Shown here: positions 49,411-60,175 of the stretch, one piece after another
How the letters are laid out: the number at the start of each line of letters is the position of its first letter
Numbering within the stretch: the stretch's first letter is position 1
From: Macrostomum lignano
Lineage: Eukaryota
Reading direction: 5' to 3'
DNA length: 64,000 nt
Assembly: GCA_002269645.1 (NCBI GenBank)
Contig: NIVC01001823.1
Span: 169,783-233,782 of the forward strand
Notes under the pieces: model-generated
The model's input: the letters and a program-made list of their open reading frames with translations, nothing else
What the model was told of the DNA's origin: nothing
Databases searched by the model: none
Program-made: the position numbers and the translations under genes

Positions 49411-49869
49411 CCAGTTTCCTATCTCTCTGACTCGTTATTTATCCGTGCTGGCCGAGAGTGACGTCAGGAGTAGTCCATTAGATGACAATTTGTTTACACT
49501 CATACAGTAGTTCTAAAGTATCTTTAGACAGCACCGCAGAATGTGACACTGTATAACATTTTATGTAGCAACTGCCCCTAAATAAAAATGCAATCTTGTC
49601 AGTAAATCACATCTAGTCGTTAATCGCATCCATAACCCTCAATTTTGTTTGATATTTAAGCAACGTTAATCATAGCTAATGAGTTTATTATGCAAACTAG
49701 CTATACCGCTACAAAAGCATATATATATAATAAATATGACAGTGCTATTAACCTCATACTTGTTCTGTAACATTTTTTAACTTGTAGGCCGATGTTGTTT
49801 CATTGAAATTGGCGAGCTGCTCTTGCGTCTCCTCTTGCTGTCTCTGAATTTTTACTTACAGGTGCGCGG

Positions 49870-50725
49870 TAGGCTGTTGAGATGTGCAGTGGGGTGCTGG
49901 GGCGTGCAGTGGGGTGATGGGGTGTGCAGGAGGGGGGCTGGGATGTGCAGTGGGGTGCTGGGGTGTGCAGTGGGGTGCTAGGGCGTGCAGTGGGGTGATG
50001 GGGTGCGCAGTGGGGTGCTGGGATGTGCAGTGGGGTGCTGGGGCGTGCAGTGGGGTGATGGGGTGTGCAGTGGGGTGATGGGGTGTGCAGTGGGGTGATG
50101 GGGTGTGCAGTGGGGTGCTGGGATGTGCAGTGGGGTGTGCAATGGGTTGCTGGGGCCAGTGGTGCGTGCAGTGGGGTGTGCAATGGGGAGCTGGGGTGTG
50201 CAGTGGGGTGCTGGGGAGTGCAGTGGGGTGCTGGGATGTGCAATGGGGTGCTGGGGCGTGCAGTTGGGTGCTGGGATGTGCAATGGGGTGCTGGGGCGTG
50301 CAGTGGGGTGCTGGGATGTGCAATGGGGTGCTGGTGCCAGTGGTGCGTGCAGTGGGGTGTGCAATGGGGAGCTGGGGTGTGCAGTGGGGTGCTGGAGCGT
50401 GCAGTGGGGTGCTGGGATGTGCAATGGGGTGCTGGGGCGTGCAGTGAGGTGTGCAATGGGTTGCTGGTGCCAGTGGTGCGTGCAGTGAGGTGTGCAATGG
50501 GTTGCTGGTGCCAGTGGTGCGTGCAGTGAGGTGTGCAATGTGTTGCTGGTGCCAGTGGTGCGTGCAGTGAGGTGTGCAATGTGTTGCTGGTGCCAGTGGT
50601 GCGTGCAGTGAGGTGTGCAATGGGTTGCTGGTGTCAGTGGTGCGTGCATTGGGGTGTGCAATGGGTTGCTGGTGCCAGTGGTGCGTGCAGTGGGGTGTGC
50701 AATGGGGAGCTGGGGTGTGCAGTGT
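49870..50725. repeat. G-rich compound minisatellite (gcagtggggtgctgggatgt, about 20 bp, grading into a 40-bp unit)
   Basis: Direct inspection. Confidence 0.95.
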
Positions 50726-51194
50726 GGGGTCCACTTTAAATCTTTCATTCCCCTTTGACCACAACTCAGAAATCAGTCAAACCATAGTACGAGTACAAAA
50801 TAAGCAAAATAAACTTCAGATAGATTGTTATTGAAATAAAAATTTACCTCAAAGAATCGTTACTATTGGTTTTGTAAGCAGGCACTTAGAAAGGTAAAGA
50901 ATTTTATAATTGTTTGAACCGGGAAAAGCTTACGAGCGTAATAAAACAACTCATTACTGCATGTTCTCCCGCTGGGGGCTTCCTACATGAACAAATATTT
51001 TTGCGGAGTAGCGCTCGTAAAATTAGCTAGTGCGGTGCGAACTCGCGCAAACCAAAGCCTTTCGAGCCTCCAGGCTCAGTTTCTCTTGGGATATTGAGAG
51101 GCCTGGCTTACTGGAGTCTTGACTTGTGTTTGAATCACATGTAAGTATAACTGGGGGTGCAGTGACTGCTGCGTGCTGAGGTAGCTAAGCTGTG

Positions 51195-51258
51195 TGTCTG
51201 TCTGTCTGTCTGTGTCTGTTTGAGTGTCTGTCTGTTTGTCTGTCTGTGTCTGTTTGAG

Positions 51259-51289
<31 letters not shown>

Positions 51290-51364
51290 GTCTGTTTGAG
51301 TGTCTGTCTGTCTGTCTGTCTGTGTCTGTTTGAGTGTCTGTCTGTCTGTCTGTGTCTGTTTGAG

Positions 51365-51395
<31 letters not shown>

Positions 51396-51406
51396 GTCTG
51401 TTTGAG

Positions 51407-51437
<31 letters not shown>

Positions 51438-51478
51438 GTCTGTTTGAGTGTCTGTCTGTCTGTCTGTGTCTGTTTGAG

Positions 51479-51513
<35 letters not shown>

Positions 51514-51528
51514 GTGTCTGTGCGTCTT

Positions 51529-51569
<41 letters not shown>

Positions 51570-51575
51570 GTGTCA

Positions 51576-51619
<44 letters not shown>

Positions 51620-51690
51620 TTCTGTGCGTCTGTCTGTGTGTGTGTGTGTGTGTCTGTCTGTCTGTCTGTCTGTCTGTCTTTCTGTCTGTG
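51195..51690. repeat. (TCTG)n microsatellite with tgtgtctgtttgag interruptions
   Basis: Direct inspection. Confidence 0.97.
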
Positions 51691-51718
51691 CATATCAGTG
51701 ACTGTTCATCCGTTAAAG

Positions 51719-52475
51719 TCATTTCCCTTGCACAGCAGCCGCAAGCGGTGCAGCTGTGGCGGTGACGGAGCCGCCCATCGGGCAGTCCTTGGCGAGGTGG
51801 CTGGCGGAGCGGCAGCAGCACTTGGGCAGTCGGCCTAGCGGGCAGCGGCGAGGTGGTCAGACACCTGGCCGCAGTTTGTAGCACCTGGCGAGAGAAATGG
51901 AAATCATCAATCATCTTTGTTTCAAGCGCAGCCTAAATTGTACTGGCAGTTGCGATTCAATGATGGAGTGGTGCATCAGTTTTTTCCCTCCGCGTGAGCG
52001 TCTTCAATGAGATCAGCACTGGTTTCTGAGCTGTCAATCTTCGTCTTCGTCAGCTGATATTGACCGGTTAGTCAGGACTTCACCTGCGGACACGCCGCAT
52101 GTTTGGAGTTCTGAGTTCAACTGTCAGTCAGGGCGCAGCCTAGTTCTGCACACGCTGCTGTGTATCAGGGATTTGCTTCACATGACTTCCTACTTCTGCC
52201 GGCGATCTCTTTTATGGAACTCCAGTATCCCTGCCTCTATCATTTTTCTCCTTGCAGTCTTCTCTCTCCCTCTCTCTTCCTCTCCCTTCTGTTTGCCAGC
52301 AGCGGTCGCAGAGCTCTTGAGCTGATGACGTGAGCCCGCGCCACCGCCGCCGCGGCACGGCGCCCCGTCGGTCATGGCGACCGCCGCGCCTCCAGGCCCT
52401 TCTCGGCTGCCAGGTCTCGAACTTCACCAGCTCTTCAGCGCAGAGGTGCCAAAATCCCAGCATGCAGATGGCGGA
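51719..52475 (-). pseudogene. LIN28: LIN28-like remnant: second half of the cold-shock domain (exon from 52475) and twin CCHC-knuckle exon (51884-51719), with several frameshifts
   Basis: SAICMLGFWHLCAEELVKFE / EKGLEARR / DGAPCRG lie in three frames (compare SKLHMEGFRSLKEGEAVEF..KGLESIRVTGPGGVFCIG). Acceptor ccag|GTGCTACA is followed by CY(N)[31 protein letters not shown], with indels. Confidence 0.7.
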
Positions 52476-52709
52476 CTTGATGAGGGATTTGGGAAAAGCA
52501 CAGCATAAATTAATGGGATTAATTATTACCCTCTTTAAAACTTATTCACGGACTAGCGGAAGTGTCGATCCGTCAGTTGAGTCGTATTTTTAAGTTCATT
52601 CCATTCTATGTGGAGCCGCTTCAACACTTTATGCTGTTTAAACACAACCCTATGGCAAACCGAGGTTCCTAAGGTTATTATCTCCAAATAAAACTCAAAA
52701 TAAAACATC

Positions 52710-53160
52710 ACAGAGACACGATAGCAACCAAACTTACTCAAGGAAACCCCATAGCAACCAAACCTACTTAAAGAAAAGAAATAGCAACCAAACCTACTCG
52801 AAGAAACCCCATAGCAACCAAACCTATTCAAAGAAAACCCAAAGCTACCAAACTTACTCAAGCCAACACCATAGCAACCAAACCTACTTAAAGAAAAGAA
52901 ATAGCAACCAAACCTACTCGAAGAAAACCCCATAGCAACCAAACCTACTCGAAGAAAACCCCATAGCAACCAAACCTATTCAAAGAAAACGCCATAGCAA
53001 CCAAGACTACTCAAAGAAACCCCATAGCAACCAAACCTACTCAAGCCAAACCCAAAGCTACCAAACCTACTCAAAGAAAATCCAATAGCAACCAAAACTA
53101 CTCAAAAAACCCCATAGCAACCAAACCCTTGCTCAAGAAACCCCATAGCAACCAAAAATC
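52710..53160. repeat. About 30-bp minisatellite (ccccatagcaaccaaacctactcaaagaaa)
   Basis: Direct inspection. Confidence 0.93.
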
Positions 53161-53514
53161 GGTACTATGGGTTACCGAAGAGTTGCGGGCAGCCTGGAGC
53201 AACGCCGGCGACATCGCCCAACAACCAGCGCTGACGGCAGCTCTGGCCATTCCACTGACTCCTGAGCACATGCAGGATTTTTTCCATCGGAATCGGCCAA
53301 CGAAAGCGAGTCTCCAAAAACTGAAAAAATAAAATGTCTCTTCGACGTCTCTTTCGCCTCGTTTTTATAAATACACACGGACTCACGGGTAGACCGAATA
53401 CCTTCTTTGTTCGAATATCGACGGGAAAAACCAAATACACAGATTATGCTAAAAATTTGCCCCTTTACTTGTAAAATCATTTTCCAAGGTAAAAAGTTAG
53501 TCTGGTGAGAATTT

Positions 53515-53765
53515 GGGTTAGATAAAAGATATGATTAGGGTTAGATAAGGGCGAGGATTGGGATTAGATAAGGGCGAGGATTGGGGTTAGATAAGGGCGA
53601 GGATTGGGGTTAGATAAAAGCGAGGATTGGGGTTAGATAAGGGCGAGTATTGAGATTAGATAAGGGCGAGGATTGGGTTGGATAAGGGCGAAGATTGGGT
53701 TTGAATAAGGGTGAGGATTGGGGTTAGATAAGGGCGAGGATTGGGGTTAGATAAGGGCGAGGGTT
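53515..53765. repeat. 23-bp minisatellite (gattggggttagataagggcgag)
   Basis: About 10 copies. Confidence 0.93.
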
Positions 53766-54354
53766 GGCGAATAGCTGAGATGTCAAGGCAAAGGTCAGAA
53801 CCTACATGTAGTTTAATCAAAAAATTGTATAAACTTTTTGTTGGCTCCCCAATGGGGGCACTGATTGCTAGTCCAATTTACTAAATCCGAGCTGAGATTT
53901 GTTTTTCTGCGTTCTAAAATGAGCAAATTGGCCAGCTAAGGGGATATCAGAAGATGATTTATTGCTGGGAAATCTTAAACAAGGTTGACAGCGAATAAGC
54001 CGCTTTATTTAAAATATTTAGGGGACAAACCTGGCAATGAAAACTGGATTAACCAGTTAGAAAATCGACAAAGAATACAGGAGGAAAATGTTTGCTCTAC
54101 TCGGCTGCATCGGTTACATGCGCCAGTCAATATTTTTCAATTTGCAAAAGTCTGTTTAACGTAGGCTTATATTCTCCTACGTATATAATAACCAGGAACA
54201 ATTAGTGCTGCCATTGAGACACCTGATGTCTGCGTGGCAGGAGGTGTGGCGCACCTTTTCGTGAGACCTGCTTTTCTCGTCTCTATCTGCATCCTGCGCC
54301 ATCTGCTTCCTCTCCTGTACTCTGGGTGCAGCTCTGATGCCCTACCAGCCATCC

Positions 54355-55485
54355 ACTCTGCTCTCCGTCACTCTCTCCCTGTTCTCAGTCACTCTCTTAG
54401 TGTTCTCTATCATCTCTTCCTGTTATCTGTCACTCTCTTAGTGTTCTCTATCACTCTTCCAGTTCTCAGTCACTCTCTTAGTGTTCTCTATCATCTCTTC
54501 CTGTTCTCTGTCACTCTTTTAGTGTTCTCTATCACTCTTCCTGTTCTCAGTCACTCTCTTAGTGTTCTCTATCATCTCTTCCTGTTCTCTGTCACTCTTT
54601 TAGTGTTCTCTATCACTCTTCCTGTTCTCTGTCACTCTTTCCTTATCACTATTTCTGTTATCTTTCACTTTTTGCTGTCGCTATTCCTGTTGTCTGTCAC
54701 TTTCCCTGCCACTATTCCTGTTGTCTGTCACTCTTTCCCTGTCACTATTCCTGTTGTCTGTCACTTTTTCCCTGCCACTATTCCTGTTGTCTGTCACTCT
54801 TTCCCTGTCACTATTTCTGTTGTCTGTCACTTTTTCCCTGCCACTATTCCTGTTGTCTGTCACTCTTTCCCTGTCACTATTTCTGTTGTCTGTCACTTTT
54901 TCCCTGCCACTATTCCTGTTGTCTGTCACTCTTTACTTGTCACCATTCCTGCGGTCTGTCACTTTTTCCCTGCCACTATTCCTGTTGTCTGTCACTCTTT
55001 ACTTGTCACCATTCCTGCGGTCTGTCACTTTTTCCCTGCCACTATTCCTGTTGTCTGTCACTCTTTACTTGTCACCATTCCTGCGGTCTGTCACTTTTTC
55101 CCTGCCACTATTCCTGTTGTCTGTCGCTCTTTACTTGTCACCATTCCTGCGGTCTGTCACTCTTTTCTTGTCACTATTTCTGTTGTCTGTCACTATTCCT
55201 GTTGTCTGTCACTCTTCACTATTCTCTCTGTCTGTCACTCTCCTTCTGTTCTCTGTCACTTTCTTCTTTTCTCTGTCACTTTCTTCTTTTCTCTGTCACT
55301 CTCCTTCTGTTCTCTGTCACTTTCTTCTTTTCTCTGTCACTTTCTTCTTTTCTCTGTCACTCTCCTTCTGTTTTCTGTCACTTTCTTCTTTTCTCTGTCA
55401 CTTTCTTTTTTTCTCTGTCACTCTCCTTCTGTTCTCTGTCACTTTCTTCTTTTCTCTGTCACTTTCTTCTTTTCTCTGTCACTGT
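54355..55485. repeat. Pyrimidine-rich compound minisatellite built on tctgtcact units
   Basis: Several nested unit lengths are visible. Confidence 0.93.
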
Positions 55486-55910
55486 TGTGATACACGAAGA
55501 CCATTCCGACATCCGTCGGATGAAGCCAAAGCCTCAATCGGCATCGAACCACCTGCCCAATTGCTGAATTCAATATTTGCGCCGAAAGTTAAAAAAACGT
55601 CTGCAAAGATTCGAGTGCGTGGGTCTTCTACGACGATTTCAGGTCATTAAATCTGAAGTTCAGTTACATGCAGAGCACCTTCCGAAAGTCACTTTAATGC
55701 TTAGCCGCTAACAACAGATCAAAACTAAGACGCAAAAAGGCAAACCGGCTAGTGGCTTTTCCTCTGAAAGAGAAAACCAGGCCGCCTTTTATAAGCGAGC
55801 TGCCGCGCCTATAATGACCTATTAGAGCAATTATCCAATCCAGCTTAGTGAGAAGGTGACCTTATTTCTCAAAGCTTATATGTTAGCAGACCTTTACAGA
55901 CTAGAGAAGC

Positions 55911-56200
55911 AGAGTTGCACAATTCCCATCTGAGAACTACCAAGATCAGAGTTGCACAATTCCCATCTGAGAACTACCAAGATCAGAGTTGCACAATTCC
56001 CATCTGAGAACTACCAAGATCAGAGTTGCACAATTCCCATCTGAGAACTACCAAGATCAGAGTTGCACAATTCCCATCTGAGAACTACCAAGATCAGAGT
56101 TGCACAATTCCCATCTGAGAACTACCAAGATCAGAGTTGCACAATTCCCATCTGAGAACTACCAAGATCAGAGTTGCACAATTCCCATCTGAGAACTACC
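55911..56200. repeat. 37-bp tandem repeat, about 8 apparently identical copies (agagttgcacaattcccatctgagaactaccaagatc)
   Basis: Starts at 55911, 55948 ... 56170. No spacers. Confidence 0.97.
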
Positions 56201-57002
56201 ATCATGATTTCTCCACGCCGCGCGCAAGCTATATCCAACGATTTTCTCCCCAATCGTATCAGAAATCCCAACTGGATTTGTGCAAAAGCAATTATTTAGA
56301 CGCAGGTGCGGAGAGCCAAATTATTTCTTCTTTCGTCAAAAGTTGATGAAGAATTCGAGACTGGCAAGACAAAGAAAAACTGAAACTTGAGACCGCTCCA
56401 CACAGGGCTGAAGACATGCAGCTCCTGCCCTACCCGCGCCTCCTGCAGCTCCAATGGCACAGATTTTCTTCTCAACAGAGATTACAGTATCCTTGAGATG
56501 CGCAGGTGCGCCTTCGCCTTGCATGACGGTAACTTATTCTATCTCACATGACATTCATGGCTGTTCTATCCATTCTATCCCATCATGGCTGGTCTATCCA
56601 TTCTATCCCATCATGGCTGTTCTATCTATTCTATCAGATGTTCTATCCATTCTATCAGCTGTTCTATCCATTTTATCAGCTGTTCTATCCATTCTATCCC
56701 ATCGTGGCTGTTCTATTCTATCTGCTACATCTTTAACTGACGCATACGCAGCAGCGCAGTTGTTAAATAAATCAAAGACAAAATTTGCATTAACGAAAGC
56801 AATATTTTTCATCCAGAAACGTCTCAACAATCTGACGTTGCACCAGTCAAACTGAACCGATCGGGGGTTGTTCAGAGCGAATTAATTATTCATGTTTTAT
56901 TTGACGCCTTTAATTATTTCAATCACTATTTTCAGTGCGTCTCTCTCAGACTGCGACAGGCTATGGTCACGAACAAGACAGTTTGCTAAACTCCACTCCA
57001 GC

Positions 57003-57122
57003 TCACATGGTGTAGTCTGGGAATTCAAAGATCACCTGCTTGCCAGTAAGGCTGCGATAGACAGACACGAAGGTGTCCAACTTGTGATCCACAGCTGTCT
57101 GGTTGGCCCGGTCCAGGTGCAC
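57003..57122 (-). CDS. RPS7: 40S ribosomal protein eS7, exon 3 (VHLDRANQTAVDHKLDTFVSVYRSLTGKQVIFEFPDYTM*)
   Basis: Acceptor ttccag|GTG. Matches the eS7 C-terminus. Not in the ORF track. Confidence 0.93.
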   Translation of the reverse strand: MHLDRANQTAVDHKLDTFVSVYRSLTGKQVIFEFPDYTM

Positions 57123-57231
57123 CTGGAACAATATTTAATATCCATAAAATATTAGGTAACAAATACTACTTACTTTACTGGCTACTGTGAGTAGACACTG
57201 CGACTAACCAAGCAACCAGGCAGCCTCTCAC

Positions 57232-57557
57232 CTTCATCAGCTGGGATCCGTCGACGCGAACCCGGGTCCGCTTGCCGACAATCTCGGCCGGGAAGACCAG
57301 ATCGTTCAGCACGGCGTCGTGCACGGCGGTCAGGGTGCGCGAGCGCGGCCGCTTCTGCTTCTGGTGGATCTTCGATTTCGGCGACTCTTTCGGCAGGATG
57401 CGGCGTTCGGCAACGATTACCACGTGCTTGCCGGAGTACTTCTTCTCCAGCTCGCGCACCAGCCGCACGTGGATCTTCTGGTAGGCGCGCAGCTGCGGCA
57501 CCGGCACCAGCAGGATGATGCACTTCTTGCCGCCCGACACCTCCACCTCCTTGGCGC
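57232..57557 (-). CDS. RPS7: RPS7 exon 2
   Basis: Contains [23 protein letters not shown] and [30 protein letters not shown]. Acceptor gcgcag|GC and donor AAG|GTGAGA. Confidence 0.97.
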
Positions 57558-57614
57558 CTGCGCAGTTCGGCGGGACGAGGTTGGCTTAAGCTCTCACTAT
57601 GGAGAGGATCTGGG

Positions 57615-58835
57615 GCAATTTGGGCGATTCTAGGGGGCGGAGGGGGCGATTCTAGGGGGGGGCGGATTGGGCGATTCTAGAGGGGGCGGATTGGGCGATT
57701 CTAGAGGGCGGATTGGGCGATTCTAGAGGGCGGATTGGGCGATTCTAGAGGGCGGATTGGGCGATTCTAGAAGGCGGATTGGGCGATTCTAGGGGGCGGA
57801 GGGGGCGATTCTAGAGGCCGGATTGGGCGATTCTAGGGGGGGGGGCGGATTGGGCGATTCTAGAGGGGCGGATTGGGCGATTCTAGAGGGGCGGATTGGG
57901 CGATTCTAGGGGGCGGATTGGGCGATTCTAGAGGGCGGATTGGGCGATTCTAGAGGGGCGGATTGGGCGATTCTAGAGGGCGGATTGGGCGATTCTAGAG
58001 GGCGGATTGGGCGATTCTAGGGGGGGGGGAGGCGGATTGGGCGATTCTAGAGGGGCGGATTAGGCGATTCTAGAGGGCGGTTTGGGCGATTCTAGGGGGC
58101 GGATTGGGCGATTCTAGGGAAGCGGAGGGGGCGATTCTAGGGGGGCGGATTGGGCGATTCTAGGGGGTGGATTGGGCGATTCTAGGGAAGCGGAGGGGGC
58201 GATTCTAGGGGGGCGGATTGGGCGATTCTAGAGGGCGGATTGGGCGATTCTAGGGGGGGCGGATTGGGCGATTCTAGAGGGGCGGATTGGGCGATTCTAG
58301 AGGGCGGATTGGGCGATTCTAGAGGGGCGGATTGGGCGATTCTAGAGGGCGGATTGGGCGATTCTAGGGGGCGGATTGGGCAATTCTACGAGGCGGATTG
58401 GGCAGATTTTAGGGAGCGGATTGTGAAATTCAAGGGGGGATTGAGAAAATCCTGGGGGCGGATCGGGCGATAATTAGGGAGCGGATTGAGCGATTCTAAG
58501 GGTGGATTGGGCGATTCTAGGGGGAGGGGCGGATTGATGATTCTAGGGGGCGGATTGAGGAATTCAAGGGGGCGGATTGAGGAATTCAAGGGGGCAGATT
58601 GGGCGATTCTAGGGGAGGGGCGGATTGATGATTCTAGGGGGCGGATTGAGGAATTCAAGGGGGCAGATTGGGCGATTCTAGGGGGAGGGGCGGATTGATG
58701 ATTCTAGGGGGCGGATTGAGGAATTCAAGGGGGCAGATTGGGCGATTCTAGGGGGAGGGGCGGATTGATGATTCTAGGGGGCGGATTGAGGAATTCAAGG
58801 GGGCAGATTGGGCGATTCTAGAGGGCGGATTGGGC
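57615..58835. repeat. About 22-bp G-rich minisatellite (gggcggattgggcgattctaga) filling RPS7 intron 1
   Basis: Direct inspection. Confidence 0.97.
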
Positions 58836-58883
58836 ATTCAACACTACTGGCAGAATACAATACTTAAGCACTGCAGAGCTCAC

Positions 58884-59052
58884 CAGTGATATGCAGTTCG
58901 CGGAGCATGCTCTTCAGATCGGAATTCTGCTGCAGATCCATCAGAGTCTGGGCCACTTGCAGCTCCAGATCTGTGGGCTTGTCGGGGGCGGAGCCTGGGC
59001 CCTTGCGATGAGCATCGTTGCGGGCAGATCTAATCAACTTGGTGGTTGCCAT
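58884..59052 (-). CDS. RPS7: RPS7 exon 1 (spliced 615 nt = 204 aa)
   Basis: Contains NSDLKSMLRELHIT. Phase-1 donor G|GTGAGC splices in frame to 57557. Confidence 0.93.
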
Positions 59053-59058
59053 GGTAAC
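59045..59058. promoter_or_regulatory. RFX X-box match GTTGCCATGGTAAC centred on the RPS7 ATG
   Basis: Same 14-mer as 21865-21878. Its reverse complement GTTACCATGGCAAC fits the X-box consensus. Confidence 0.35.
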
Positions 59059-60100
59059 TAGGGATTCTGGTGCTGTGGCTAGTGCATGCAGTGAAGTTAA
59101 ATAGACTAAAGAATAGGATTTCTATTTAGTTCATTCATACTTGAGTTAATAGAAAGTAAAGCATAAATTTACTCTTGGATGACTTTTTATAACTTTTAAG
59201 CAATTATTTATCTTTCAATGGTAATATTTTCAAAATAATTTTGCATTTCTTTACTATAGACAAAAATCCATCTATCCTCCATTCCATCCATACATCTTCT
59301 AATCTTCTAAATATACTAAATCTAATATACTAAATCTCTATCTAATCTTTCTTCTATGTATCTATCTTCTATCTATCTAATCTATCTTTCTTCTTCTAAT
59401 CTTCTAATCTAATCTAATCTTCTATCTATCTATCTTCTATCTTTCTAATATATCTAAATATACTAAGTCTCTAAGGTATGTATGTCAATAACGCCCTAGA
59501 GATTGCAATTCTTGACCGATTTTGATCGTGTTTTTGCTTAAAGATTCAAAATCTAATCTGAATAGATTAGATTAGATCTAAGATTAGATTAGAGATTTAA
59601 TCTTCTATCTTCTATCTAATCTATTCAATCTAAATATACTATATCTCTCATATTTGTTTGTATGCTTGAATGTCCATAACGCTCCAGAGATTGCAATTCT
59701 TGACCGATTTTGATCGCATTTTCGCCAAAAGATGCAAAATTGTCTGGAAAGAAGACAGTTAAAATTTCTTGTATCTGCTTCAATGCTAAAGGAAGAACTG
59801 CAGAGAGTGCTGAGGGGATAAGTGAGAATTGTTAATGAAACAGTTGTAGACTGCAAATGAAATGACTGCAGATTGCTGAGGGGAACTGCATATTGTCAAA
59901 GGGATCATTGAAGTCTGCAAAGGGGACAAACTGCAGACTGTAAAGTAGTTCCTCCAGACTTAAATCTAATTTATAGATTTCACTTAACTGAGAATTGGCT
60001 CTGCCTGCATGCAACCCGTGCACTGAGCAGCCTATCACTGCTGTGTATTTGACTGCAGTGCCAAAGCATATATGGCTGATTTTGTCACCCTCCGATCAAT

Positions 60101-60175
60101 AGGCGGAGTAGCCGCACTGTAGGCACTAGGAACAGGTTTAGGATAAGTGTAAGGTCCCAGGTTCGAGTCTGCCTC
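60101..60175 (+). other. tRNA-derived (SINE-head-like) remnant with a B-box
   Basis: aggtcccaggttcgagtc resembles the tRNA variable/T arm. No complete cloverleaf. Confidence 0.3.

Noticed and set aside
49800-50834. His/Cys/Pro-rich ORFs resembling metal-binding proteins
   Set aside because: They coincide exactly with the G-rich minisatellite.
53515-53765. Telomere-like ggggttag motif
   Set aside because: It is embedded in a 23-bp unit, with no (TTAGGG)n run.
54234-55650. 418-aa and 309-aa hydrophobic ORFs
   Set aside because: Translations of a pyrimidine-rich compound repeat.
55911-56200. 37-bp identical repeats, CRISPR-like in length
   Set aside because: Units are directly adjacent with no spacers, there are no cas genes, and the context is eukaryotic.
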